From: Minisyncoccota bacterium | Lineage (GTDB): Bacteria > Patescibacteriota > Minisyncoccia > Phycocordibacterales > XYD1-FULL-46-19 | Assembly (NCBI GenBank): GCA_040879645.1 | Contig: JBBDJY010000006.1 | Coordinates: 94,240 to 158,239 of the forward strand | Reading direction: 5' to 3' | DNA: 64,000 bases | Part shown: positions 10,638 to 20,973 of the stretch, in pieces | How the letters are laid out: each line of letters starts with the position of its first letter | Numbering within the stretch: the first letter of the stretch is position 1 | Made by a program: the position numbers and the translations under genes | The notes under the pieces: generated by a model | What the model was told of the DNA's origin: nothing | The model's database searches: none | Seen by the model: the letters and a program-made list of their open reading frames with translations, nothing else

Positions 10638-11603
10638 ATGGCTTTTGTTGATGAATTAACGATTATCGCTCGGGCGGGCGACGGCGGCGACGGCGTGGTC
10701 CGTTTTCGGCATGAAAAAAATCGCGAATTTGGCGGTCCGTCCGGCGGCGATGGCGGCCGAGGTGGTAATGTTTATATCAAAGCGGTCCGCGATGTCCATT
10801 TATTGGCCCGTTATCGAGCTCAAAAGGAATTCGTCGCCGACCGGGGCGAGGCTGGTAAAAAAGACGGTTTGACCGGGGCCGGTGGAGCGGATTTGGATAT
10901 TTTATTACCGGTCGGTTCAGTGGTTACCAATCGAGCAACCAATGAGCAATTTCGTTTGAGTCAAGAAGGTGAACGCCATTTACTGTTGGCCGGTGGCGAC
11001 GGTGGCCGGGGTAATGAGTCATTTAAGAGTTCGACCAATCAGGCTCCCCGGGAACGAACCACCGGCGAGCCGGGTGCGAGCGGCGAATTCTTTATTGAAG
11101 TGGAATTAATTGCCGATATTGGTTTAATCGGTTTACCAAGTGCCGGCAAATCTTCCTTACTTAATGCTTTAACCAAGGCTGAAGTCAGAGTCGGTGATTA
11201 TCCTTTTACCACTTTAGAGCCGAATTTGGGCGAATGTTATGGTTTTATTATCGCCGATATTCCGGGCCTGATTGAGGGCGCGGCCGATGGTCGGGGCTTG
11301 GGTCATAAATTCTTGCGTCATGTTCGCCGGACCAAGTTACTGGTGCATCTGGTTTCGGCTGAGGGGAATGACTTGGTCGGTGATTATCAAACTATTCGCC
11401 GAGAATTGGCGCGATTTGATGAAAATTTGCTGACGAAAAAAGAAATTATTGTTTTGACCAAGACTGATTTATTACCGGATCAAAAAACGATAGCGGCGGC
11501 CGTCGATAAGCTAAAAAAACTCAATCCGCAAGTGGAAGCCATTTCTTTATTGGCTGATGACTCGATCAAAAAACTGCGGGAAAAACTACTGACGTTGGTT
11601 TAA
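10638..11603 (+). CDS. obgE: GTPase ObgE/CgtA
   Basis: FVDE...GGDGGRGG Obg fold, GLPSAGKS, YPFTT, DIPGLIEGA; start at MAFVDE, 7 nt after TAGTAT. Confidence 0.96.
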   Translation: MAFVDELTIIARAGDGGDGVVRFRHEKNREFGGPSGGDGGRGGNVYIKAVRDVHLLARYRAQKEFVADRGEAGKKDGLTGAGGADLDILLPVGSVVTNRATNEQFRLSQEGERHLLLAGGDGGRGNESFKSSTNQAPRERTTGEPGASGEFFIEVELIADIGLIGLPSAGKSSLLNALTKAEVRVGDYPFTTLEPNLGECYGFIIADIPGLIEGAADGRGLGHKFLRHVRRTKLLVHLVSAEGNDLVGDYQTIRRELARFDENLLTKKEIIVLTKTDLLPDQKTIAAAVDKLKKLNPQVEAISLLADDSIKKLREKLLTLV

Positions 11604-11764
11604 GATTAAGTTTTGACCTCAATCTTCTTTGTTAATTATTTGTCGGGAATGCTATAATAAAAAAGTGAAAACTTTCTACTTGGGCCATAAAAAGAAAATC
11701 ATTTATTGACCGAAGCCTAGAAATTAAACTTTTCAGTTTCCAATCGGGATTATATAATAATCTT

Positions 11765-12277
11765 ATGAGTAATACCATCAAAGCTTATCATGCGGCCGTA
11801 TTTTTTTGGGTTTCTGTTTTCTGGGCACTTTTCTGGGTAATTCGTTGGGGGTTATGGCAACTATCTTGGGCCATTCCAATAGACTACCAACATGTGTTCG
11901 ATATGTTTTTTAGGCCCTGGCCTTTCATTATTATTATCAGTATTCTGCTGGTTTTGTTAAAAATAATCTGGGTAAAACAATGGTCACCGATTCAATACCG
12001 GACCAGAGGGCTTACAATTACCTTCTCGTTTTCTTTGATCGCTTCATTATTTTTTATGATTCATATGTTTATGAGCGATGAATGGGAGGCTTTTTACTTC
12101 CTTTCCTTTCTTTTCCTTCACGTCCCAATATTAATAATATCCGGAGTCTTGCTTTTTGCCACAATCAAGGGCTGTTCGCCCACAGTGGCTTTCATTAGGT
12201 TCGTCCAAGTGGTTATTATCTTTTTTGTTCTTTTAACCTTCTTGATTTTGCTTTTGTCTTTACTTTCATCGCTTTAA
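11765..12277 (+). CDS. Hypothetical multi-pass membrane protein
   Basis: About 5 hydrophobic segments; TATAAT just upstream. Confidence 0.65.
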   Translation: MSNTIKAYHAAVFFWVSVFWALFWVIRWGLWQLSWAIPIDYQHVFDMFFRPWPFIIIISILLVLLKIIWVKQWSPIQYRTRGLTITFSFSLIASLFFMIHMFMSDEWEAFYFLSFLFLHVPILIISGVLLFATIKGCSPTVAFIRFVQVVIIFFVLLTFLILLLSLLSSL

Positions 12278-12400
12278 ACGGGATAAAAAATAATCCGGTT
12301 ATCGGTAATTATAATAGAATACGCGTAGCGCTTTCCTCGCGGCTCTGCCGCGATGACCACTAAGAAAAGTATGAAAACCGTTGGTTTTCATTATAAATCT

Positions 12401-12506
12401 CAATACCGAGGTTAAACCTCGGTATTGAAGAATAATCCTTGTTTTTTGAATATGGAGATATGGAGGTTTAACCTCGGTCTGGTATGGAGGTTTAACCTCG
12501 GTCTGG
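12401..12506. repeat. REP-like palindrome cluster (CAATACCGAGGTTAAACCTCGGTATTG plus two tandem 24-bp GAGGTTTAACCTC units)
   Basis: Direct inspection. Confidence 0.85.
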
Positions 12507-12551
12507 TAATTTTTGCTTTTGAAATTTGACCGGTGGCGGTATAATAAATAA

Positions 12552-12908
12552 ATGGCAGTCAATAAAAAAATGATAATTTTAGGATTGGTTATTATTGGCA
12601 TCATCGGCTGGCTGGTGTTTAATCAGTCGCCAAATTTACCGCCGGCGGAAAGGGAGGCTTTGGTGGCTGATTACTTAAAAGTCAATCTTCGTCAATGGTC
12701 GGCGGTCTCGCCGGTTTGTCGCCAACCTTTTGCCATTTATAATTTGGAATTTACCGATAAAAATGACGGCACGGTTTTTTATGAGGACGGCTACAATGTT
12801 TATTCGGCCGACTTTACTTATCGTCTCGACCGAAACAATCAAGTTGTCATCACTCATTTTGCCGAACCTTTCCCGATTCATTTATCCGGTGAAGTTTGTC
12901 CCGATTAA
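12552..12908 (+). CDS. Membrane-anchored hypothetical protein
   Basis: N-terminal TM, V-x-YEDG motif, leaderless -10. Confidence 0.7.
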   Translation: MAVNKKMIILGLVIIGIIGWLVFNQSPNLPPAEREALVADYLKVNLRQWSAVSPVCRQPFAIYNLEFTDKNDGTVFYEDGYNVYSADFTYRLDRNNQVVITHFAEPFPIHLSGEVCPD

Positions 12909-13022
12909 GTTTGGGCTGATTTTTGTTGTTAAAAGTTCACGGTGTGTATAACTTTAAAGCTTTACTTGGTTTCGAGGGTTATAATGTAGTTATTATTAGT
13001 TGGGGATTATAATAAAAAATAT

Positions 13023-13412
13023 ATGGATTCATCAATATTTCTTTCCCAAATGATCGGCATTTACCTGGTCTTGATCGGCTTGGTCTTTTTGTTCAAGCGC
13101 AAGACTTTAATGCCGGCGATGAAAGAAGTAATCCAAAGCAAGTCACTTCTTTATATCGTGGCCATGCTTGAGTTGGCTGCCGGTATTGCGATTGTCTTAA
13201 ATCACAATATCTGGGCCTGGAGCTCAGAGCTTTTGATTACTCTCTTTGGCTGGCTTTTGATTGTGGAAAGTGCCGCCTATCTCCTCTTGCCTTACAAGCG
13301 GATGGAAAAATTGGCCCTGAAGTTTAATACGCCGGCCTGGTATGGCAGTTGTGGTGCCGGAGCGGTTATTATCGGCGCTTATTTGATTGGCGTCGGTTTC
13401 GGTTTGATTTAA
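13023..13412 (+). CDS. Small 4-TM membrane protein
   Basis: Hydrophobic; HNIW and LITLFGW motif. Confidence 0.75.
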   Translation: MDSSIFLSQMIGIYLVLIGLVFLFKRKTLMPAMKEVIQSKSLLYIVAMLELAAGIAIVLNHNIWAWSSELLITLFGWLLIVESAAYLLLPYKRMEKLALKFNTPAWYGSCGAGAVIIGAYLIGVGFGLI

Positions 13413-13427
13413 TCTGATTGACTGAAT

Positions 13428-13458
13428 AAAAAAACACCGGCTAAACCGGTGTTTTTTT
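13428..13458. terminator. Bidirectional terminator
   Basis: A7-CACCGG/CCGGTG-T7 between convergent genes. Confidence 0.85.
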
Positions 13459-13471
13459 GGCGATAAGGGAA

Positions 13472-14773
13472 TTATTTCTTGGTGACGATTTTAATCATCT
13501 GTTCCAGTCGGCGAATATCCGCCAAGAGGCGAGAACGATCTTTATTGAATAAGGTGATGTTAAAAATACTTTTACCGCCATGTTTGGCAAAAATTGCTTT
13601 GTCACCGACTTTTTGATTGACGGTAATGGTGTTAAAAGATTTAAGGGTTTGGACTTTTTTAATGCCGGTTAAAGACATAATCCGGCCTTCATCTTTGGCA
13701 AAAATTTTCAGGACGGCAGTATGGCCTTTAACTCGCCGGAAAGGCTTCGGTCGGCGGGGAATACGGATAAAGATATCGTTGGCCGTATGATTGATACCAA
13801 AAGACAATTCATACATTTTTTGCCGGAAACCACCGATGCGTGGCCCGACTTCAATCACTTTCCAACCTTTTTCTGTTTTTAAAAGTTCAATGTGGGCGGT
13901 GATACTACGCAGACCGAGAGCGTGGACGGCCTTTAGACTTACTTCTTCGGCCGCTTTGATACTTTCTTTATTCAAGGTGGTTGGCGTCATTGTTTGATAG
14001 GCAAAAAAGTCATCAAAGCCGACGCTTTTACCGGTTTTAACCGATACCAAGGGGCAAAAATAGACTTTACCGCGAGAATTGACATAACCGTCAACCGAAT
14101 ACATATCGCCGTCAATAAATTGTTCAACCAAGATTTGAGGTTCGCCCCGGCCTTTGGCTTCTTTGTGAATCCGATTAATGCGACGCAGAATTCGTTTGAG
14201 TGATTTTTCCAATTCTTCCTGATGGAAACAAATACTGACCAAGAGTGACGAGGCTAAGCCGGACGGTTTAATTACCAGCGGAAAACCAATCTTTTTATCG
14301 ATTTCTTTCAAGGTAATCTTTTTAGCGTCGGAAACAACCATAAACTTGGGGGTGATTTTTCGGTCATAGACGCGAAAGCGCCGGCGCATGGCCAATTTAT
14401 TGGTTGACCAAGTTAAGGAGTCGCCGGTCGGGGTGCGCAGGTAGGGGATATGAGGAATTATTTTTTGGAAAAAAGGAATCATTGCTTCCGACCGACAAGT
14501 GACGGCCAGTAAGCGGTCGCGGTAAGGAGAGAGGATGTCGGTGATCGATTTTTCCGAATTGGCATCAACCATTAAAATGTCTTCAAAAACCTCCAAACCT
14601 TCTTTATCCCGAATTTGCTCATAGCCCTTACTGTCGGTCAGTAAGAGATATTTGTATTTAACCCCAACCTCTTTATTCATGGTGGCCAGACTGCGGGCCA
14701 CCGCCGGAATGACCGACCCTACCAATAAGATGGTGTCTTTTTTAACCTGATTATTCAAAGGCTTTTTTGTCAT
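13472..14773 (-). CDS. ATP-grasp domain ligase (L-amino acid ligase-like)
   Basis: NKxxMR, FPLVIKPSGLASS, LVEQFIDG, HIEL, IEVGPRIGG. Confidence 0.85.
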   Translation of the reverse strand: MTKKPLNNQVKKDTILLVGSVIPAVARSLATMNKEVGVKYKYLLLTDSKGYEQIRDKEGLEVFEDILMVDANSEKSITDILSPYRDRLLAVTCRSEAMIPFFQKIIPHIPYLRTPTGDSLTWSTNKLAMRRRFRVYDRKITPKFMVVSDAKKITLKEIDKKIGFPLVIKPSGLASSLLVSICFHQEELEKSLKRILRRINRIHKEAKGRGEPQILVEQFIDGDMYSVDGYVNSRGKVYFCPLVSVKTGKSVGFDDFFAYQTMTPTTLNKESIKAAEEVSLKAVHALGLRSITAHIELLKTEKGWKVIEVGPRIGGFRQKMYELSFGINHTANDIFIRIPRRPKPFRRVKGHTAVLKIFAKDEGRIMSLTGIKKVQTLKSFNTITVNQKVGDKAIFAKHGGKSIFNITLFNKDRSRLLADIRRLEQMIKIVTKK

Positions 14774-14953
14774 ATGACTTATTTAGCTTAAAATCAACCG
14801 AACGGACAAATAGTAGCAACCACCAAAAATTTTTCAAGCCGGATATCTCCAGTTGTGTATAACCGCTCTTGACAAAAATGTTTTCTAGTTTTTTGAGCCG
14901 CCGGCGCCAACGACTAGCAGGCGGTTGGAGACTTTTTATGTTAAAATTTGATA

Positions 14954-15682
14954 ATGAATAATACCAAAATTCTTTTGTTTGTTTTATTGATTATTCTTGC
15001 CGCTTCAGCCGGTTTGGCCTATTGGCAGTTATTGGACTCTTTTGGCCGGCAAAATCTGCCGGCCAATCAGTCGCCGGCTCTGGTCTCGATAACGATTGAT
15101 CGGCCAAATTTAATCATCGAAGGCGATTTTTTGGACCGAGTTGAATTATTGGCATTTTTAGCCGGGACGGAATCAGCCGGTGAGCCGGTCGTTTTGGGGG
15201 AAGCTCAATTAACGGGCGAGAATCGCTGGATTTTTCCGATACCGGATCGACCACTGGCGGCTCGACGAATTACCGCTCAAGGATATGCCGATGGGAGGTT
15301 GGTCGGCGAAATTTCTTTGGGGGTAAGCGGTCCCAATGAAATTTACCGGGCCTTATGGTCGGAGGGTGATTCCATTTTACTTACTTTAAATCCCGGCCAA
15401 ACCGGTTCATTTGAAAATCTGCAAATTAAATTTCGCGAAGTCTTGACCGATAACCGTTGTCCGGCTGATAGTCAATGTGTGCCTCCGGGCGAGTTTTCGC
15501 TTCTGGTAACCTTGTTGTCAGAGCGGGAAGAAGAGGAAGTTGTTTTATTTCATGACTCCGACCCTTATGCTTTCACTGATTATCTCGTTTCTCTGATTGA
15601 TATTAAACCGGCCTTTGAAAGCGATCGTGAAATTAGTAATTATCAAATCACTTTTGCCGTCAGTAAAATTAATCAACCATAG
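14954..15682 (+). CDS. Membrane-anchored hypothetical protein
   Basis: N-terminal TM; C-terminal DNRCPADSQCV domain. Confidence 0.7.
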   Translation: MNNTKILLFVLLIILAASAGLAYWQLLDSFGRQNLPANQSPALVSITIDRPNLIIEGDFLDRVELLAFLAGTESAGEPVVLGEAQLTGENRWIFPIPDRPLAARRITAQGYADGRLVGEISLGVSGPNEIYRALWSEGDSILLTLNPGQTGSFENLQIKFREVLTDNRCPADSQCVPPGEFSLLVTLLSEREEEEVVLFHDSDPYAFTDYLVSLIDIKPAFESDREISNYQITFAVSKINQP

Positions 15683-15912
15683 TTTTCCACACATTGGTTG
15701 AAAAAATAAGGAAAAAACGCGCATAAAAGGTATAATTAAAATACCCGGCGTTAAATCCGGATAACCGGGAAATTACTGTTATGACATTCTTGTTTCCGGT
15801 CACAATTCCTTTCTTTTTTTCTGTGCCGGCAAGTAGTTTTTAGTCGCCGTTTTGGTAATGGTTTTCGGTTTTAGTCGGATATTATGCCTAATTCCCGAAT
15901 ATTCAAATTTAA

Positions 15913-17130
15913 ATGAAACCGCGCATTCTTATGTTTGGCTGGGAGTTCCCTCCGCAAAATAGTGGCGGTCTGGGGACGGCTTGTTTTGGTATCTGTAAAG
16001 CGATGGCCAGACAACAAGTGGAGATGATTTTTGTCTTACCGCGCCGGCAACCGGTGGCCGGTAATAATCTGCCGTTGGTTTTTGCCGGTTTGGAGGAGAT
16101 TCGTTTTGAGACGGTCGATACTTTGCTTTACCCTTATGTCACCGATCAGTCTTATGCTGAACATTACCAAGATATTGAACCGGGACCTTACGGCCCAACC
16201 TTATTTGATGAAGTTATAGCCTATGGTAAACGTGCCCGATCGATTGCCCGGAAGCATTCTTTTGATATTATCCACGCTCATGATTGGCTCTCTTTTCCGG
16301 CTGGCCTAGCGGCCAAACGAATTAGCGGTAAACCGCTTATTATCCATGTTCATGCCACTGAATTTGACCGGAGTGGCGGAGCGGGTGTTAATGAAAAAGT
16401 TTATGCCATTGAACGCGAGGGAATGGAACAAGCTGATGGGATTATCGCCATCAGCCATTGGACTAAAAATATTATTATCAAGCATTACGGTATTCCCGAG
16501 GAAAAAATCAGGGTGGTTCATAACGGTATTGATTCTGATGATATTGTTTTAATCCCCGAGTCACTACATCAGCTTAAACGAGTCGGCAAAAAGATGATTC
16601 TTTTTCTTGGTCGAATTACTTTACAAAAAGGCCCGGATTACTTTTTGGCCGCCGCCGCTCGTGTTCTCGAGTTGCGCGACGATGTCTTTTTTGTTGTCGC
16701 CGGTTCCGGCGATATGGAAAGAGCGATGATCCGCCGGGCGGCGGAATTAGGGATTGCCGATCGGGTGCTTTTTGCCGGTTTCCTGCGGGGGGCCGAAGCT
16801 CAAGCGATGTATCAAGCAGCCGATTTATTTGTGATGCCGTCAGTCTCCGAGCCATTTGGTTTGACTCCGCTTGAATCATTGGTCGTCGGTACGCCGGTGT
16901 TAGTCTCCAAACAATCCGGGGTCTCGGAAGTCCTTCATCATGCGATTAAGGCTGATTTTTGGGATATTGATGAAATGACCAATAAGATGGTGGCCTTGTT
17001 GCGCGAACCGGCCTTAAGTAAAACCCTGACGGAAAATGGCCACCGGGAAGCTTTGAGTTTGACTTGGGATCGATCGGTGGCCGGTTATGTTGATTATTAC
17101 AAAACAATATTAAATAAATTAAGAAAATAA
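15913..17130 (+). CDS. Glycosyltransferase family 4 (glycogen synthase-like)
   Basis: WEFPP..GGLG, HAHDW, GRITLQKG, SEPFGL. Confidence 0.92.
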   Translation: MKPRILMFGWEFPPQNSGGLGTACFGICKAMARQQVEMIFVLPRRQPVAGNNLPLVFAGLEEIRFETVDTLLYPYVTDQSYAEHYQDIEPGPYGPTLFDEVIAYGKRARSIARKHSFDIIHAHDWLSFPAGLAAKRISGKPLIIHVHATEFDRSGGAGVNEKVYAIEREGMEQADGIIAISHWTKNIIIKHYGIPEEKIRVVHNGIDSDDIVLIPESLHQLKRVGKKMILFLGRITLQKGPDYFLAAAARVLELRDDVFFVVAGSGDMERAMIRRAAELGIADRVLFAGFLRGAEAQAMYQAADLFVMPSVSEPFGLTPLESLVVGTPVLVSKQSGVSEVLHHAIKADFWDIDEMTNKMVALLREPALSKTLTENGHREALSLTWDRSVAGYVDYYKTILNKLRK

Positions 17131-17131
17131 T

Positions 17132-18358
17132 ATGGCTTCCGTTTGTTTTTATTTTCAAGTTCACCAGCCTTACCGATTAAAAAAATATCGTATTTTTGAT
17201 ATTGGTCGGGATAATGTTTATTTCAATGATGCTTCCGGTACCAATTTGGATAATAAATGGATTTTTCAAAAAGTGGCGACTAAATGTTATTTGCCAACCA
17301 ATGAAGTTTTACTTGATCTCTTAAACCGTCATCCGGAATTTAAAATCAGTTTTTCTTTATCGGGAGTTTTTTTGGAGCAAGCCGCCGAATATATGCCCCA
17401 AGTGCTTGATTCTTTCAAGCGCTTGATCGATACCGGTCGGGTGGAAATTCTGGGCGAAACTTATTATCATTCGTTGGCTTTTTTACATTCTCGGACGGAG
17501 TGGTTGCGTCAGATTATGCTTCATACTCGGCAGGTAAAAAAATTATTTGGCGTCGAACCGACGACTTTTCGCAATACTGAATTGATTTATAACAATGATA
17601 TCGCTCACATTATCGAGGGCTTGGGTTATCAAGCAATTTTACTGGAGGGAGCCGACCACATTCTTGATTGGCGCAGTCCCAATTTTCTCTATCGGCCGCG
17701 ACGGGGCAGTAAGTTAAAAATGTTGCTGAAAAATTACAAATTGTCGGACGATGTGGCTTTTCGCTTTTCGTCGCGCGATTGGAATGAATGGCCGTTGTCG
17801 GCCGAAAAATTCGCTCACTGGGTTAGTCAGGTCAACGGCAATGGCGAGGTAGTTAACCTGTTTATGGACTATGAGACTTTTGGCGAGCATCAATGGGCCG
17901 ATACCGGCATTTTTGATTTTCTTCGCCACTTGCCGGCCGAATTACTTAAGCATCCGGACAATGATTTTTTGACACCGACGGAAGCGGCCGGCCGTTTTCC
18001 GGCCCGGGGAGTTTTAGATGTTCCGGATTATGTGTCTTGGGCCGATGTTGAACGCGATTTATCAGCTTGGCGGTCCAATGATATGCAATATGACGCGCTT
18101 AATAAAATTTATGCTTTAGAGAAAGACATCATTTCTCTGGGCGATAAAAAATTAATTGATGATTGGCGTCGACTGCAAACTTCCGATCACTTTTATTATA
18201 TGTGCACCAAGTGGTTTAATGACGGCGATGTTCATAAATATTTTAATCCTTACGAATCGCCTTACGATGCCTTTATCACTTTCATGAATGTCTTAAATGA
18301 TTTACAATTAAGATTGAAGCAATTAAAAAATAATTCAGTCGTCACGAATGAACAGTAA
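17132..18358 (+). CDS. Glycoside hydrolase family 57 (alpha-amylase)
   Basis: FQVHQP, ETYYHSL, FRNTEL, MDYETFGEH, LQTSDHFYY. Confidence 0.92.
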   Translation: MASVCFYFQVHQPYRLKKYRIFDIGRDNVYFNDASGTNLDNKWIFQKVATKCYLPTNEVLLDLLNRHPEFKISFSLSGVFLEQAAEYMPQVLDSFKRLIDTGRVEILGETYYHSLAFLHSRTEWLRQIMLHTRQVKKLFGVEPTTFRNTELIYNNDIAHIIEGLGYQAILLEGADHILDWRSPNFLYRPRRGSKLKMLLKNYKLSDDVAFRFSSRDWNEWPLSAEKFAHWVSQVNGNGEVVNLFMDYETFGEHQWADTGIFDFLRHLPAELLKHPDNDFLTPTEAAGRFPARGVLDVPDYVSWADVERDLSAWRSNDMQYDALNKIYALEKDIISLGDKKLIDDWRRLQTSDHFYYMCTKWFNDGDVHKYFNPYESPYDAFITFMNVLNDLQLRLKQLKNNSVVTNEQ

Positions 18359-20354
18359 ACATCTCATTCTCAAAACTTTAACTCTCGGTAACGGCAACAT
18401 TCTGATTAACTTTGATAAGTTTGGCCAAGTCCGAGATTTTTATTATCCCTATATCGGTTTGGAAAACCATATCGGCAATCATTTACTGCACTCGATCGGT
18501 GTTTATGTTAACGGCGCCCAGTCTTGGCTTAATGACGGTTATTGGCAAATTAAAGTTGATTGCGATTCCGACACTTTCTCCGGCAAATTTACCGCTTTCA
18601 ATGAAGGCCTGGGGATCGAGTTGCGGTTTGTTGATGTTGTTTACAATGAAAAAAACATTTTTATCCGTCGAGCGATTGTCCACAATCATTCCGAAGACGA
18701 GCGGGAGATTAAAGTTTTTTTCTACCAGCAATTTGAGCTTTACGAATCACGGATGGCTCATACCGCTTATTATGACCCCGAACACAAAGCGATTATCCAC
18801 TATCGTAATAAACGAGCCTTTTTAATCGGTGGACAATTGGAAGGTCGGGATTGTTCCGACTTTACCACCGGCGTCTTTGAATCGGATGGCAAAGAGGGGA
18901 GTTATATTGATGTGACCGACGGTCAATTGGCCAAGAATCCGATTGAACACGGCCAAGTTGATTCGGTTATCGCTTTCGCCGCCAATTTCAAACCGGCCGA
19001 AGAAAAATTTCTTTATTACTGGGTCAATGTCGGCTTGTCGGTCGAGGAAGTACGGGAATTGGACAATTATATCAAACATAAAGGAGCCGGCTATTTAATC
19101 AAAACAACTCAAGATTTTTGGCATGCTTGGGTCACCCGTCGGGATTTTTCTTTTTACGGTTTGTCGTCGGAAGTCGTTTCCTTATTTAATAAGTCATTAT
19201 TCTATATTCGAGTCCATGCTGATGTCGATGGCGGGATTATCGCTTCCGGTGATTCCAGTATGCTTCATATGGGCAAGGATACTTATGCTTATGTTTGGCC
19301 ACGCGATGCCGCTTATGCTTGTCGAGCCCTGGACCAAGTTGGCGACTTTAATGTTACCGAGCGTTTTTACCAATTTTGTAATGAGGTGATTACGCCGGAT
19401 GGTTACTTTATGCATAAATACAGCCCGGATAAATCACTGGGCAGTTCTTGGCATGGTTGGTTGCAACCCAATGGTGAATTTCAATTGCCGATTCAAGAAG
19501 ACGAGACGGCGATTGTCTTAATCGTTTTATGGGATCATTACCGTTTGTCTAAAAATCTTGAATTTATTGAAGCTATTTATAATTCCTTGATTAAAAAGGC
19601 GGCTGATTTTATGGTTACTTTTCGTGATGAGGAGATGTTATTGCCCAAGCCTTCTTTCGGTTTATGGGAAGAAAAATTCGGCATTCATACCTACACCGCG
19701 GCGACGGTTTACGGGGCCTTGATTGCCGCCGCCAATTTTTCGCGCCTGTTGGGTAAAACCAAAAGCGAAAATCGTTATATCCGGGCGGCTAAGGAAATTA
19801 AGAGTGGTATTTTGCAGTATTTATACAATACCGATGAAGGAATTTTTTACAAAATGATCAATAAAAATGAAAACGGGGAAATCATTGCCGATCGGACACC
19901 GGATGTTTCTACTTTTTTCGGCTTATTCAATTTCGGGGTGTTAACCCCTGATGATCCGAAAATGATGGCGGTGGCCGAACAAATGAAGCGGGAGGCGGTG
20001 CCAAAGACCGACTTGGGCGGCTTTTGCCGGTATAAAGATGATCGTTATTATCGTCAGCCGGACAGTCGCCATTGTAATCCGTGGTTTGTGACCACTTTTT
20101 GGTACGCTCAATGGTTGATTGCCAAAGCCAAAAATGAAAAAGATTTGGCGGAGGTTAAAGAAATTTTGGCTTGGTCGGTCCGTTATGCCCAAACTTCCGG
20201 TATTTTATCCGAACAATTGGATGCGTCGAGTGGCCGGCAATTATCGGCCACCCCGCTGGTCTGGAGTCATGCCGAATTTGTTATGACCGTCGTTCAATAC
20301 TTGAATAAATTGGAAGAATTTGGTATTTGCCAAGCGGCCAATCCTATTGATTAG
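18348..20354 (+). CDS. Glycoside hydrolase family 15 (glucoamylase-like)
   Basis: YVWPRD, IQEDET, LWEE, LSEQ, PLVWSHA. Confidence 0.9.
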   Translation: MNSKHLILKTLTLGNGNILINFDKFGQVRDFYYPYIGLENHIGNHLLHSIGVYVNGAQSWLNDGYWQIKVDCDSDTFSGKFTAFNEGLGIELRFVDVVYNEKNIFIRRAIVHNHSEDEREIKVFFYQQFELYESRMAHTAYYDPEHKAIIHYRNKRAFLIGGQLEGRDCSDFTTGVFESDGKEGSYIDVTDGQLAKNPIEHGQVDSVIAFAANFKPAEEKFLYYWVNVGLSVEEVRELDNYIKHKGAGYLIKTTQDFWHAWVTRRDFSFYGLSSEVVSLFNKSLFYIRVHADVDGGIIASGDSSMLHMGKDTYAYVWPRDAAYACRALDQVGDFNVTERFYQFCNEVITPDGYFMHKYSPDKSLGSSWHGWLQPNGEFQLPIQEDETAIVLIVLWDHYRLSKNLEFIEAIYNSLIKKAADFMVTFRDEEMLLPKPSFGLWEEKFGIHTYTAATVYGALIAAANFSRLLGKTKSENRYIRAAKEIKSGILQYLYNTDEGIFYKMINKNENGEIIADRTPDVSTFFGLFNFGVLTPDDPKMMAVAEQMKREAVPKTDLGGFCRYKDDRYYRQPDSRHCNPWFVTTFWYAQWLIAKAKNEKDLAEVKEILAWSVRYAQTSGILSEQLDASSGRQLSATPLVWSHAEFVMTVVQYLNKLEEFGICQAANPID

Positions 20355-20418
20355 TCATTGGCGATTTTTGTTTTTGATTGTTATAATAACCGTTATTAAT
20401 AATTAATGTATTGGGACT

Positions 20419-20823
20419 ATGTCTAGCCAAAAACCTTATGTCGGCAACATTCCTGCCGAAACCGTGGATAATAGTAATTTCCGTCAAGTTATTTATACCG
20501 GGCCAAAAAGCCAATTGGTTTTAATGTCGCTTAAACCGGGTGAAGATATCGGAGCAGAAGTTCATCAAGTTGATCAATTTTTCCGGTTTGAAGCGGGTAC
20601 CGGACGAGCAATCGTTGACGGACAAGATTATGAAGTGGTTGATGGCAGCGCTCTTTTGGTGCCGGCCGGCGCTTCGCACAATGTCGAGAATACCGGTTCG
20701 GTCGACTTAAAATTCTATACCCTCTACGCACCGCCTAATCATATTGACGGTCGGATTCATCTGACGAAATCTGAGGCTGAAGCCGATACTGAAGACGAAG
20801 AGTTTGGCCATCGCTCCAGTTAA
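20419..20823 (+). CDS. Cupin domain protein
   Basis: NFRQVIYTG, QLVLMSL, EVH, DQFFRFE, VPAGxxHNV, YAPP. Confidence 0.9.
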   Translation: MSSQKPYVGNIPAETVDNSNFRQVIYTGPKSQLVLMSLKPGEDIGAEVHQVDQFFRFEAGTGRAIVDGQDYEVVDGSALLVPAGASHNVENTGSVDLKFYTLYAPPNHIDGRIHLTKSEAEADTEDEEFGHRSS

Positions 20824-20826
20824 AAC

Positions 20827-20900
20827 AAAAAAAGCTCCAAGTGTCAGCCGGTAAGAAGCCGACACTTGGAGCAGGAGCTACAGCATGGGGATGTCGTAGC
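20827..20900 (-). ncRNA. Candidate sRNA of about 75 nt (two hairpins)
   Basis: TTGCTT-17-TATAGT promoter (20935-20907), hairpin with CCCC loop, terminator hairpin plus U tract. Confidence 0.45.
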
Positions 20901-20973
20901 TTTTCAACTATATCAGAATAGCAATAAAAAAGCAAGTTTTGGGCTTAATGGTCATTTTTGCTATAATCAAATG

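Noticed and set aside
12401-12506. Possible CRISPR array
   Set aside because: Units are tandem or irregular with no unique 30-40 nt spacers, and no cas genes are in the window
12299-12604. 101-aa minus ORF with YQTEVKPP repeats
   Set aside because: It is a translation of the DNA repeats and overlaps a better plus-strand gene
15913-20354. GT4-GH57-GH15 cluster as a novel system
   Set aside because: Widely known alpha-glucan gene trio
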